Assembly (NCBI GenBank): GCA_027484285.1
Contig: JAIXTG010000114.1
Coordinates: 34,848-98,847 of the forward strand
From: Oxalobacteraceae bacterium
Lineage (GTDB): Bacteria > Pseudomonadota > Gammaproteobacteria > Burkholderiales > Burkholderiaceae_D
DNA: 64,000 nucleotides
Direction of reading: 5' to 3'
Shown: positions 1 through 9,595 of the stretch, piece by piece
Layout of the letters: each line of letters begins with the position of its first letter
How positions within the stretch are numbered: the first letter of the stretch is position 1
Notes under the pieces: model-generated
What the model was told of the DNA's origin: nothing
Seen by the model: the letters and a program-made list of their open reading frames with translations, nothing else
The model's database searches: none
Program-made: the position numbers and the translations under genes

Positions 1-248
1 GTCGATGGATCGACCGCGGCCAGTTCCTCGAAGACGACGGTGGCATCCAGCCGCGGCAGCGCGAGGCCACCGATGCGCTCGGGCGCGTACAGCCCGCAGA
101 AGCCCAGCTCGCCCGCTGCCGCGATGGCCTGACGCGGGAATGCCTGCTCGCGGTCCCACTGGGCCGCGAACGGCGCCAGCTCGCTGCGGGCAAACGTGCG
201 CGCAGCCTCCCCAAAGGCGCGTTGTTCTTCGTTCAGCTCGAATTCCAT
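1..248 (-). CDS. Acyl-CoA dehydrogenase (isobutyryl-CoA dehydrogenase-like), 5' part; runs off the window
   Basis: Manual translation from ATG at 248 gives MEFELNEEQRAFGEAARTFARSELAPFAAQWDREQAFP...LGFCGLYAPERIGGL, a typical acyl-CoA dehydrogenase N-terminus. It lies directly downstream of mmsA and is missing from the ORF track because it is truncated. Confidence 0.85.
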   Translation of the reverse strand, partial: MEFELNEEQRAFGEAARTFARSELAPFAAQWDREQAFPRQAIAAAGELGFCGLYAPERIGGLALPRLDATVVFEELAAVDPS

Positions 249-266
249 CGCGGTGCCGGCTCGGGC

Positions 267-1775
267 TTACTTCAACGCAATGGTCGTGTTGACGCCCGTG
301 CTGACGTCGTCCTCGAACCAGCGCGCGGTGACCGTCTTGGTCTGCGTGTAGAAAAGGACCACTTGTTTGCCGTAGGGGCCCAGGTCGCCCAGCTTGGAGC
401 CGCGTGAGCCGGTAAACGAGAAGAGCGGCACAGGCACTGGGATAGGCACGTTGATGCCCACCTGGCCCACCTCGATCTCCTCCTCGAACTTGCGAGCCGC
501 CGCGCCCGACTGCGTGAAGATGGCCGTGCCGTTGCCGTTCGGGTTGGCGTTGGTGATCGCGATGGCCTCATCCATCGTCTCGGCCTCTACGATGCACAGC
601 ACCGGGCCGAAGATTTCCTGCTCGTAGACCGACATGCCCGGCCTCACGCCGCTGAAGATGGTCGGGCCGACGAAGTTGCCTTCCTTCAGTGCGCCGGGCA
701 GCGACGGTATGCGGCCGTCTAACTCCAGCTGGGCGCCGTCCTCGACACCTCGGGCGATCAACGCCTCGACGCGCTCGCGCGCTGCACAGGAGATCAGCGG
801 GCCGACGTCCGTTGATGCCGAGTCGCCGGCACCCACGCTGAGCTTCTTGGCGCGCGCCACCAGGTCAGGCACCCACTTGCGGGCTTCGCCCACCAGCACG
901 GCCACCGAAACCGCCATGCAGCGCTGGCCGGCAGCGCCGAAAGCAGCACCGGCAAGCGCGTTGAGCGTCTGCTCCTTGTGTGCGTCCGGCAGCACGATGG
1001 CGTGGTTTTTCGCGCCCATCATGCACTGCACACGCTTGCCGGCCAGGCTGGCGCGCTCGTAGACGTGCGTGCCCACACGGGTGGAGCCGACGAAGGAGAT
1101 CGCTTTCACGTCCGGGTGGTCGCACAGCGCGTTGACGACGTGCTCGCCACCGTGCACCACGTTCAGTACGCCGGGCGGGACGCCGGCTTCCAGCGCCAGT
1201 TCCACAAGGCGCATCGTCACCAGCGGGTCCTGCTCCGAGGGCTTGAGCACGAAGGTGTTGCCGGTGGCGATGGCCATCGGAAACATCCACAGCGGGATCA
1301 TGGCTGGAAAGTTGAATGGTGTGATGCCGGCGCACACACCCAGGGGCTGCAGCAGCGTGTAGGTGTCTACCCCGCCGGCCACGTTGTGGGCGCGCTCGCC
1401 CATCTGCAAGCTGCCGATGTTGGCGGCGTGCTCCACCACTTCGAGGCCGCGGAACACGTCGCCCTCGGCATCAGCCAGCGTCTTGCCCTGCTCGGCGGTC
1501 AGCGTTGCGGCGAGGGATTTGATGTTGTCGCGGATGAGTTGCTGCAGCTTCAGGAAGATGCGCGCGCGCTGGCCGATGGGCGTCTTACGCCAGGTCTTGA
1601 AAGCGGCCTGGGCCGACGCGATGGCCGCTGCGACCTCATCGGCCGTGGCCATGGGCACGCGCGCCAGGCGTTCCTGGGTGGCCGGGTTGACCACCTCGCG
1701 CCATTCGGTGCTCTTGGATTGCACGAATTCGCCGTTGATTAGCAACGGAACATGGGGCAGGTTATCGCGGCTCAT
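267..1775 (-). CDS. mmsA: CoA-acylating methylmalonate-semialdehyde dehydrogenase
   Basis: ALDH motifs ITPFNFP, KPSE, FVGS, GAKNH, GQRCMA, EIFGPV and [20 protein letters not shown] upstream of the ATG at 1775. Confidence 0.95.
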   Translation of the reverse strand: MSRDNLPHVPLLINGEFVQSKSTEWREVVNPATQERLARVPMATADEVAAAIASAQAAFKTWRKTPIGQRARIFLKLQQLIRDNIKSLAATLTAEQGKTLADAEGDVFRGLEVVEHAANIGSLQMGERAHNVAGGVDTYTLLQPLGVCAGITPFNFPAMIPLWMFPMAIATGNTFVLKPSEQDPLVTMRLVELALEAGVPPGVLNVVHGGEHVVNALCDHPDVKAISFVGSTRVGTHVYERASLAGKRVQCMMGAKNHAIVLPDAHKEQTLNALAGAAFGAAGQRCMAVSVAVLVGEARKWVPDLVARAKKLSVGAGDSASTDVGPLISCAARERVEALIARGVEDGAQLELDGRIPSLPGALKEGNFVGPTIFSGVRPGMSVYEQEIFGPVLCIVEAETMDEAIAITNANPNGNGTAIFTQSGAAARKFEEEIEVGQVGINVPIPVPVPLFSFTGSRGSKLGDLGPYGKQVVLFYTQTKTVTARWFEDDVSTGVNTTIALK

Positions 1776-1865
1776 GAAGTCTCCTAGACAGGTCAATTGA
1801 TTTCACACAGAATCTATCCACACGCTTCACATCGATCAACAAGTGGTTGATGTGAAAAGGAAAAA

Positions 1866-1913
1866 CTGCAAATCACTTCGCAATCAATCCGTGAAAGCTG
1901 CGAACTTTGCAAA
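1866..1913. promoter_or_regulatory. Candidate ScfR/PrpR/RamB-family operator repeats
   Basis: CTGCAAAT (1866), TTCGCAAT (1877) and GCGAACTTTGCAAA (1900-1913) resemble the TTTGCAAA-type boxes of RamB/PrpR regulators. They lie between the divergent mmsA and regulator starts. Confidence 0.55.
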
Positions 1914-3378
1914 GTCGGATGCACCCGGCCGAAAGCTCTTCGTCGGCCCGCGCCTGCGCCGGCTGCGCGAACAACTGGGCTGGAACCAGAGCCAACTCGC
2001 GGCCCGGCTGGAGCTGTCGCTGAGCTACATCTCCCAGATCGAGACCAACCAACGACCCGTCACGGCCGGCGTGCTGCTCAAGCTGGCCGAGGTCTTCGGC
2101 GGCGACGTCGCGCAGTTCTCTGAGGAGCAGGACAAGCGGCTGCTCACCGAGCTGGATGCCGCGCTGAACGACCGCACGCTCGGCCACGACCCTCCTCATG
2201 CCGCTCAGCTTGCCCGCCTCGTTGAGCAGGCGCCCGAACTGGCCGAGGCTTATGTGGCGCTGTACCAGCGCCATCAGCGCCTGCAGGATGAGCACGCCCA
2301 ACTCATCGACCGCTTCTACGGCGAGCAGGGACAGGATCTCGGTACCGGCCAGCCTCCCGCGTGGACGGCGCCGCTGCCGCACGAAGAAGTGCGCGACTTC
2401 TTCAACCGGCGCAACAACTACATTGACGGGTTGGATCGCTTGGCCGAAGCGCTCGCGCAGGATCTGGTGCTACAGCCAGCCGAGCGTGCCGCGTCGCTAC
2501 GCGAGGCCCTGCTGCAACGCTGCGGCGTGACCGTCGAGCCGCTAACTGACCCAGGCGACGCTGGCCTGCTGCGTCACTACGATGCCCGCCGCCGACGCCT
2601 AAGCCTGCCGTCGCATCTGACTGATGCACAACAAGCCTTCCAGATGGCCACGCAGTACGCGCTGCTGGCTGCGGCCGACGCCTTCGCCGCCGAAGTTCGC
2701 GAAGCTGGCTTCTCCGATGATGCAACGCGCGCGCTGGCCCGCCAGGGCCTGGCCCACTACTTCGCTGGTGCGGTGCTGCTGCCCTACGGGGCCTTCCTCG
2801 ACGCCGCGCGCGGCTGCCGCTATGACGTGGAGTTGCTGCAGCAGCGCTTCCACGTCAGCTTCGAGACCATCTGCCACCGACTGTCCACGCTGCAGCGCAA
2901 TGGGGCTCGCGGCGTACCGTTCTACTTCGTGCGAGTCGACCAGGCGGGCAATATCTCCAAGCGCCAGAGTGCCACGAGCTTCCATTTCGCCCGCCACGGT
3001 GGCGCCTGCCCGCTGTGGAACGTACATGAGGCCTTCGCCCAGCCCGGCCGCATCCTGACCCAGATCGCCGAGATGCCCGATGGCAGCCGCTTCTTCGGCA
3101 TCGCCCGCACCATCGAGCGGCACGGCAGCGGTGGCTTTCGGGCTCAGCGCAAGCTCTTTGCCATTGGCCTGGGCTGCGATCTCGCGCATGCGCGTGAGCT
3201 TGTCTATGCGGACGGACTGGACTTCGGCCGCTCAGCACAGGCTGTACTCATTGGGCCCGGTTGTCGCGTGTGTCCGCGGGAGCACTGCGTACAGCGAGCG
3301 TTCCCTCCGGCGGGCAAGCTGCTGGTAGCAGACAGCGACAGGGAGTCGCTGGTGTCGTACAGGTTCAGTCCTGGCTAA
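1891..3378 (+). CDS. XRE-family short-chain fatty acyl-CoA regulator (ScfR/PrpR/RamB type)
   Basis: N-terminal XRE HTH (LRRLREQLGWNQSQLAARLELSLSYISQIE), motifs SFETICHRLSTLQR and GNISKRQSA, and C-terminal CxxCxxxxC (GPGCRVCPREHC). The start codon (GTG 1891) is uncertain. Confidence 0.9.
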   Translation: MKAANFAKSDAPGRKLFVGPRLRRLREQLGWNQSQLAARLELSLSYISQIETNQRPVTAGVLLKLAEVFGGDVAQFSEEQDKRLLTELDAALNDRTLGHDPPHAAQLARLVEQAPELAEAYVALYQRHQRLQDEHAQLIDRFYGEQGQDLGTGQPPAWTAPLPHEEVRDFFNRRNNYIDGLDRLAEALAQDLVLQPAERAASLREALLQRCGVTVEPLTDPGDAGLLRHYDARRRRLSLPSHLTDAQQAFQMATQYALLAAADAFAAEVREAGFSDDATRALARQGLAHYFAGAVLLPYGAFLDAARGCRYDVELLQQRFHVSFETICHRLSTLQRNGARGVPFYFVRVDQAGNISKRQSATSFHFARHGGACPLWNVHEAFAQPGRILTQIAEMPDGSRFFGIARTIERHGSGGFRAQRKLFAIGLGCDLAHARELVYADGLDFGRSAQAVLIGPGCRVCPREHCVQRAFPPAGKLLVADSDRESLVSYRFSPG

Positions 3379-3649
3379 CGACATGACAGAGCATTTGGCC
3401 GAAGCAGCATGGCGTGCGACTGTCAGAAATCGTATGCGGCCTGTCGGGATTGGTGTGGTGTAGCACTAGCCTCTTGTCTCCTCAGTGCCCGCAGGTTGAT
3501 TCGGCCGCCAGCATTCGGGTTCAGTGCTGCTGGCCAGCGCGCGCGTCCGTCGCACTGGCACTGGGGCGCACGCCTGGCAACCGGCGCCACCCTCCCAGCG
3601 CGCTGCGCGTGTTGGACGTGTATGGCCTGATAGATGGGAGAAAACAAAT

Positions 3650-4564
3650 ATGAACATGCGTCATATCGAGGCGTTCATCGCGGTGGCCGGTGAACTGCAC
3701 TTCGGCCGGGCCGCGAAGCGCCTGCACATCGAGCAGTCGCCACTATCGCGCCGGATCGGTCGCCTGGAAGCCGACCTTGGCGTGACCTTGCTCCACCGCA
3801 ACGGACGCGGCGTGCGTCTGACCACAGCCGGGCAGGTATTCCTGGAAGATGCCCGGCGTGTGATGCTGGCCTGCGAGCAGGCGCAGGCCCGCGCGCGGGC
3901 CGTCGCGGCGGGCTATCACGGCACGCTGCGCATCGGGCTGGCGGGCGACATCGGGCGCACGCGTCTGGCGGCGCTGCTTGCGCTGTGCCGCCAGGAGGCG
4001 CCGGAGGTCTGCATCCGGCTGTCCGAAGTGCCGTTGGCGCAACTCCTGGACGGGCTCGCTGCGAGCTTCTTCGACGCCGGCCTTGCGTCGGTCGGACACG
4101 TGGAAGGCGAGATCGTGGCGGTGCCGCTGTGGCGCGACCCGTTCCTGGTGGCCTTGCCGGCGCGGCACCCACTGCTGGCATACAAGGAAGTTCCGCTGCA
4201 GGAAGTGGTGAAGTATTCGCTGGTGCTGTGCGACCCGCAGGTGTGCGACGGTTGCCACGAGCAGCGGGAACATCTGTTCCGCTCCGCAGGCGTGCGGCCG
4301 ACGATCACCGAGTGCGTCAGCACCCATTCGCTGATGCTGGCCCTGGTGGCCGCGGGCTATGGCGTGGGCTTTTCCAGCGCGGCGCATCTCGAAGGCTGCA
4401 CGCAAGCCGATGTGGTGGCACGACCGCTTGCAGAACGGGACGCCTCGTTGACGACGCATCTGCTGCGGCCGCATGGCGTCATACCGGAACCCTTGCGTCA
4501 ATTCATCGACCGCGCGGAACGGGTTGCTGGCACACAAGATGCTGGCGATCAACGTCCGGTATGA
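3650..4564 (+). CDS. LysR-family regulator, TciR-like ICE activator candidate
   Basis: LysR HTH (ELHFGRAAKRLHIEQSPLSR) plus substrate-binding domain. LLALCRQE.PEV and LVLCDPQ.C resemble ICE-associated LysRs as I recall them. Confidence 0.85.
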   Translation: MNMRHIEAFIAVAGELHFGRAAKRLHIEQSPLSRRIGRLEADLGVTLLHRNGRGVRLTTAGQVFLEDARRVMLACEQAQARARAVAAGYHGTLRIGLAGDIGRTRLAALLALCRQEAPEVCIRLSEVPLAQLLDGLAASFFDAGLASVGHVEGEIVAVPLWRDPFLVALPARHPLLAYKEVPLQEVVKYSLVLCDPQVCDGCHEQREHLFRSAGVRPTITECVSTHSLMLALVAAGYGVGFSSAAHLEGCTQADVVARPLAERDASLTTHLLRPHGVIPEPLRQFIDRAERVAGTQDAGDQRPV

Positions 4565-4737
4565 CATAGGGGCTTTAGATCGGATGATGCAATTTCGGTC
4601 TGACGCGAGACCCGACCTGCATCGTTATCCGACACTCATGCGTCACTGCGGTAGACGGCTAAGGACTAGGGCGATCCGCATGGCACCAGAGGCTGATGCC
4701 TGTGAACTGGCGAGGTCAGCGCGCTGACGCAGAACGC

Positions 4738-4768
4738 ATGAGCTTTGCATGGATGCAAACCAGCTCAT
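4738..4768. promoter_or_regulatory. Dyad upstream of the bisR-like gene, possible LysR box
   Basis: ATGAGCT-TTGCAT-GG-ATGCAA-ACC-AGCTCAT. The inner dyad fits the T-N11-A LysR pattern. Confidence 0.35.
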
Positions 4769-5092
4769 CCGGCAGACGCATTGACGCTTTACCTTCCCCC
4801 ATTTCCTACGAAAGATTTGCCCTGGTTTTCCGGTTGAGCGCGGCACCGTCGATGGACGCGCGACATTTCAAATCGTTGCGCCGGTAACAAGATTTTTCGC
4901 AGGCGCATTATGGTGGGGCGTATCGGGCATCGCAAGAAGTGTTTGCCCCTTGTGCGACGCTCGGCTTCAGCGCCGAACCCAACGCTCACCATGTGCCGGC
5001 CGGCCCGCGCTCGATCGGGTTCAGGGCAATCGCCGCGCCCACGTGGGCCGTGCGCGCTTGCCAGTTGTCGATCCGACGATGGGAAGAGCGCG

Positions 5093-5851
5093 ATGACGAA
5101 ATCGAGTAGCCTTGCCTTTGGTGCTAAGACCTACTACCGCCCGATGGAAGCGGCGATCCGCTGGTGCGGGCTGCTGCGATTCGAGCAACGCATTCTGCAA
5201 ACGCTGAGGCAGCGCGCGATGCCGGAGCCCGGCGAGTTTCCGCGCTGGCCACTGCTGCGCCTATATGCCGACCGCATCTTCGACGCGCTGACGCATGGCG
5301 AGCTGGCCGGCGGCAGGGACGGTATCGTAATGGACGGTCAACGGCCGGCGCTGGATGATCCGCAACTGACCGTGCGCCATGTGGACCTCAAAGCGTGGAT
5401 GACCCACTACTACCCCGGCGAGCGGCCGGGGTTTTTGTTTGACGAGATTGAACGCGCGGTGCATCCGTTGGTGAGCGTGGACACGCTCAACATCCTGCTG
5501 GCCGACCGCGAAGCGGCGAAGGTGCAACTCGCCGAACTCTTGCAGGTGCACGAGGCGCTGCGCGCCGCGCATGAAGCCCTGGCGAAGGAGCAGGCGGCGC
5601 GCGGCGATGCCAACGGCACCTCGCGCGGGCCGGGACTGCGCAGCGAAACGACCTATCTCAACATCATCGGCGGGCTGCTGACGCTGCTGCTGGGCAAGTC
5701 GCCCTCGGGCGCGGCCTATTCGTCGTTCCACAGCCTGGATGCCGTGGTGAGCGCACTGCTTGCACACCACGAGGGCCGGCCGGGCCTGAGCGAACGCACC
5801 TTGTGGAGCAAGCTCGCGCAGGCGCGCCGCCACCTCGAAGCGTCGCGCTGA
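5093..5851 (+). CDS. bisR: BisR-like ICE transcriptional activator (252 aa)
   Basis: Directly upstream of alpA. Size and the C-terminal helical/HTH-like segment (LSERTLWSKLAQA) match the ICEclc BisR position. Assigned by synteny. Confidence 0.6.
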   Translation: MTKSSSLAFGAKTYYRPMEAAIRWCGLLRFEQRILQTLRQRAMPEPGEFPRWPLLRLYADRIFDALTHGELAGGRDGIVMDGQRPALDDPQLTVRHVDLKAWMTHYYPGERPGFLFDEIERAVHPLVSVDTLNILLADREAAKVQLAELLQVHEALRAAHEALAKEQAARGDANGTSRGPGLRSETTYLNIIGGLLTLLLGKSPSGAAYSSFHSLDAVVSALLAHHEGRPGLSERTLWSKLAQARRHLEASR

Positions 5852-5871
5852 CCTGCGTCCTCGGGCCCGCT

Positions 5872-5904
5872 CTGCAATTGCAGTCGCGCCTTCTGCAATT
5901 GCAG
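5872..5904. promoter_or_regulatory. Tandem palindromes CTGCAATTGCAG x2 in the alpA promoter
   Basis: Perfect 12-bp palindromes at 5872-5883 and 5893-5904, 21 bp apart. Confidence 0.65.
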
Positions 5905-5980
5905 TGATTCCGACGGCGGCCGTCTATTCAATGCGAGGCACTTTCCGAACAGCGCCAGTGAGCGTCAAGGAGTGTCTCTC

Positions 5981-6199
5981 ATGTCTTCGCAGACCACAGC
6001 AACGGCGGCGCCGGCCGAGCACCGCATCCTGCGCCGCGCCGAAGTCGAGGCCAAGACCGGCTTCAAGCGCGCCCACATCTACAGCCTCATGAAGGAAGGC
6101 AAGTTCCCCAAGGCGCTGCGCCTGGGCGTGCGCGCCGTGGGCTGGGACTCGGTGGAGATCGAGCAGTGGATCGCCGAACGCCTCAACGAGCGCGCCTGA
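5981..6199 (+). CDS. alpA: AlpA-family regulator/excisionase-like protein
   Basis: ILRRAEVEAKTGFKRAHIYSLMKEGKFPKALRLGVRAVGW is the AlpA signature. Confidence 0.92.
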   Translation: MSSQTTATAAPAEHRILRRAEVEAKTGFKRAHIYSLMKEGKFPKALRLGVRAVGWDSVEIEQWIAERLNERA

Positions 6200-6238
6200 C
6201 GCTTCTTCCGGCACATGCCAATCAACCGGGAGAAGCCC

Positions 6239-7105
6239 ATGCAGGTGGTTTCGATCATTTCGACCAAGGGCGGCGTGGGCAAGACCACGACGGCGGCCAA
6301 CCTGGGCGGCTTCGCGGCCGACTCCGGGCTGCGCGTGCTGCTGCTGGACCTGGACGTGCAGCCCACGCTGTCGAGCTACTTCACGCTGACCGAACGTGCG
6401 CCGGCCGGCATCTACGAGATGCTGGCCTACAACGAGCAGCGCGCCGAGCAACTGGTGTCGCACACCGCCATCGCCGGGCTGGACCTGGTGCTGTCGAACG
6501 ACGACCGCGGCGAATTGAACACGCTGCTGCTGCATGCGCCGGACGGCAGACTGCGACTGCGTCACCTGGTGCCCACGCTCGCGCCGCGCTACGACCTGCT
6601 GCTGATCGACACCCAGGGCGCGCGCAGCGTGTTGCTCGAAATGGCGGTACTGGCCTCGGATCTGGCACTGTCGCCGGTGACGCCGGAAATCCTCGCGGCA
6701 CGCGAGCTGCGCCGCGGCACCTTGCAGCTCATCGAGGACATCGCGCCGTACCGGCACCTCGGCATTGAGCCACCGCCGCTGCATCTGCTCATCAACCGCG
6801 TGCATTCGGTGTCATCCAACGCGCGGCTGATCCAGCAGGCGCTGCGGCAGGTGTTCCAGGGACAGTCCGGCGTGCGTGTGCTCGACACCGACGTGCCGGC
6901 TATCGAGGCCTATCCGCGCGCTGCCACGCAGGGCCTGCCGGTGCATCGGGTGGAGTACCGCCAGCCGGCGGGCCGCTCCGCCCCCGCGGCGCTGGACACC
7001 ATGCGCGCGCTGGCCGGCGAGCTGTTTCCGGCGTGGCATGAGCGCTTCGCGCTCGTCACCGGCCGAGGCAGCACAGGAGGCGTCGGCCGTGGCCAGCGAG
7101 CATGA
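6239..7105 (+). CDS. parA: ParA/Soj-family ATPase
   Basis: Deviant Walker A KGGVGKTT, DLDVQ and LLIDT motifs. Confidence 0.93.
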   Translation: MQVVSIISTKGGVGKTTTAANLGGFAADSGLRVLLLDLDVQPTLSSYFTLTERAPAGIYEMLAYNEQRAEQLVSHTAIAGLDLVLSNDDRGELNTLLLHAPDGRLRLRHLVPTLAPRYDLLLIDTQGARSVLLEMAVLASDLALSPVTPEILAARELRRGTLQLIEDIAPYRHLGIEPPPLHLLINRVHSVSSNARLIQQALRQVFQGQSGVRVLDTDVPAIEAYPRAATQGLPVHRVEYRQPAGRSAPAALDTMRALAGELFPAWHERFALVTGRGSTGGVGRGQRA

Positions 7106-7346
7106 ACTGGCCCGCGGCCACAAGCGGCTGCGAGTGCTGATCGAGTTTGCCCTGAGCGAAGGATGGAAGGTGGTGCGCACCCGTGGCGGGCACCTGTTGT
7201 TCACGAAGCCGGGCTGCGCGCCGATCTACACCAGCTCGATGGCGAGCGACCACCGCGCCGAGCGCAATGCCCGTGCGCAGCTTCGCCGCGCCGACCGCCA
7301 GGCGCAGGCTGCCGAGGCATCGCCGCAGGAGAACGGCCATGGCTGA
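7089..7346 (+). CDS. Small ORF overlapping parA and parB (Shi-like; HicA-like pattern)
   Basis: GTG start at 7089. EGWKVVRTRGGHLLFTKPG. Overlaps the parA stop and the parB start, as shi does in ICEclc. Confidence 0.7.
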   Translation: MASEHELARGHKRLRVLIEFALSEGWKVVRTRGGHLLFTKPGCAPIYTSSMASDHRAERNARAQLRRADRQAQAAEASPQENGHG

Positions 7347-9018
7347 CATGACGCCGGACGACATGGCCGCCAAGCTGCTGGCCTCGGGCTTCGAGCGCAG
7401 CGGCCCTTCTGCCGCGGCCCTGACCGACCCCATCGCCGACACGCCGATGGTCGTAACGCTGGACCAGTTACGCTCCTATGACCATGACCCGCGCGTGACG
7501 CGCAACCCAGCCTACGAGGACATCAAGGCGTCGATCCGCGAGCGCGGGCTGGACGCGCCGCCTGCCATCACGCGCCGGCCCGGCGAGCCGCACTACATCA
7601 TCCGCAACGGCGGCAACACGCGCCTGGCTATCCTGCGCGAGCTGTGGAGCGAGACGAAGGACGAACGCTTCTTCCGCATCTCCTGCCTGTTCCGCCCTTG
7701 GCCGCAGCGCGGCGAGGTGGTGATGCTCACCGGCCACCTGGCCGAGAACGAGCTGCGCGGGGGCTTGAGTTTCATCGAGCGGGCCTTGGGCGTGGAGAAG
7801 GCACGCGAGTTCTACGAGCAGGAGATGGGGCGGGACAGCGGCCAGCCACTGTCGCAGAGCGAGCTGGCGCGGCGGCTCACGGCCGATGGCTTCCCGCTGC
7901 CGCAGTCGCACATCAGCCGCATGCAGGACGCGGTGCACTACCTGCTGCCGGCGATCCCGAACCTGTTGTACGGCGGGCTGGGGCGGCACCAGGTCGAGCG
8001 GCTCGCGGTGCTGCGCAAGGCCTGCGAGCGCACCTGGGAGCGGCGTGCGCTGGGCCGCAGCCTGTCGATGGACTTCGCCGCGCTGTTCCAGGACGTGCTC
8101 GCGCAGTTCGACACGCAGCCGGACGACTTCTCACCCCAGCGCGTGCAGGACGAGCTGGTAGGCCAGATGGCCGAGCTGCTGGAAGCGGACTACGACACGC
8201 TGGCCCTGGAGATCGACGACACGGAGAGCCGGCAACGTGCGCTGACCAGCGATCCGGCGCCGCCAGCGGCAGCACGACCTGCGGCGCCGACCGCACCTGC
8301 CCCCGAGCTGCGGCAACCTTCATCGGCTTCGTCGCCGGCTGGTCCTTCAGTGCAGTCGTCGGAGCCTCGTGCGTCCGTGCCGGCAGGTACTGGCAAGGCA
8401 GCACTGGCCGTTGGCGCCGAAGGCACGCAGCAGAACGAGCAGCACGACGAGCGCCTGCAGGGCCACATCGTGTCGCCGGCGCCGACCACCGAACGCCTGC
8501 AATCCATCCAGCGCATGGTCGCCGACCAGATGGGCGACAAGCTGCCCGACTTCGAGGCTGACGCGTTGCGCGCGATTCCCGTCCAGGCGGGCGGGCTCTA
8601 CCCCATCTCGGACGTCTGGTACATCGAGCCGGGCCTGGACGTACCGGATCGGCTGCGCGTGCACATCGCGCAGTTCGCGCGCGAGATCGCCGAGGAAGCC
8701 AGCGTGGCCGAACAGGTCGAGCCTAGCGACGCCGGCATCGGCTTCGCCTGCGTGACGCCGCCAGCTGCGCGCGCGATGCCGCCGTTTGCGCGGGCGGTGC
8801 TGACGCTGCTGCAGGCGCTGTGCGCCGCACGTGCCGCAGCCGGACTCGATCGCGCCCGGCTCGCCGATGATCTGGCGCCCTTGCTGTATGGCGGCGGCGC
8901 CTACCCTCGCCTGAGCGATGCCGGGCTGGTCAAACTGTTCCGGCTGCTGCGCCTGGCGCGTCGGCTTCTGGATCTGGAAGCCGGCGCGGGCGCCAGCGCT
9001 TCCGGCCACGGCGCCTGA
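7339..9018 (+). CDS. parB: PFGI-1-class ParB-family protein (BisD-like)
   Basis: ParB N-domain (DIKASIRERGLDAPP, GGNTRL, HLAENELRG) and HTH (SQSELARRL). Confidence 0.88.
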   Translation: MADMTPDDMAAKLLASGFERSGPSAAALTDPIADTPMVVTLDQLRSYDHDPRVTRNPAYEDIKASIRERGLDAPPAITRRPGEPHYIIRNGGNTRLAILRELWSETKDERFFRISCLFRPWPQRGEVVMLTGHLAENELRGGLSFIERALGVEKAREFYEQEMGRDSGQPLSQSELARRLTADGFPLPQSHISRMQDAVHYLLPAIPNLLYGGLGRHQVERLAVLRKACERTWERRALGRSLSMDFAALFQDVLAQFDTQPDDFSPQRVQDELVGQMAELLEADYDTLALEIDDTESRQRALTSDPAPPAAARPAAPTAPAPELRQPSSASSPAGPSVQSSEPRASVPAGTGKAALAVGAEGTQQNEQHDERLQGHIVSPAPTTERLQSIQRMVADQMGDKLPDFEADALRAIPVQAGGLYPISDVWYIEPGLDVPDRLRVHIAQFAREIAEEASVAEQVEPSDAGIGFACVTPPAARAMPPFARAVLTLLQALCAARAAAGLDRARLADDLAPLLYGGGAYPRLSDAGLVKLFRLLRLARRLLDLEAGAGASASGHGA

Positions 9019-9031
9019 GCGGAGATCGGCC

Positions 9032-9592
9032 ATGTCGGCACCGCACCCGCTCAACCAGGCCGTAATCGCGCAGGCGCTGCACGACCTGCGCAACGGGCAA
9101 CTACGACGCTGCAAAGCGATGGGCTTCGGCGAGGAAGAACTCGATGCGCTGAAGCATCCCGAACTCGTGAGCATGCTGGTCAACGCCACTGTCTCGTGGT
9201 GCTCGGTGTCGGTCAATCGCGAAGTGCTCAAGCGATTGCTGAGCCAGGTGCATGATGTGGAGCGCGAGATCGCGACGGTCGACCGCATGCTGCGCCTGGG
9301 AGCCAGCACGGAGATGGTCAGCCGCTTCTACGGCCTGACGCATCAGGAGGTGGCCCTGCGCCGCGACATCCTCGGCCTGCCCAAGCGCAAGGGGCGCCAT
9401 CCGGTGCTGGACGAGGCGCAGGACACGGCGCTATGGAAGCAGTGGAAGGCTGGCGTCACGGAGCGCTGCATCGCGCTGGACGACGAGATGGCGATGCTGG
9501 CGCTGACCATGGACCTGGCCGAGACCCTGAGCCTGCCGATGTCGGTGATCTGGTCGGCGATACGCAACTGGATCGACCAGGGGCTGGTATAG
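9032..9592 (+). CDS. DUF2857-family protein (BisC-like)
   Basis: PHPLNQAVIAQALHDLRNG...LRLGASTEMVSRFYGLTHQEVALRR. Position after parB. Confidence 0.75.
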   Translation: MSAPHPLNQAVIAQALHDLRNGQLRRCKAMGFGEEELDALKHPELVSMLVNATVSWCSVSVNREVLKRLLSQVHDVEREIATVDRMLRLGASTEMVSRFYGLTHQEVALRRDILGLPKRKGRHPVLDEAQDTALWKQWKAGVTERCIALDDEMAMLALTMDLAETLSLPMSVIWSAIRNWIDQGLV

Positions 9593-9595
9593 GCC

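Noticed and set aside
4581-4631. Long imperfect hairpin after the LysR gene as an integron attC or ICE att site
   Set aside because: It lacks RYYYAAC/GTTRRRY ends, has no tRNA 3' sequence, and no second copy or integrase is in the window.
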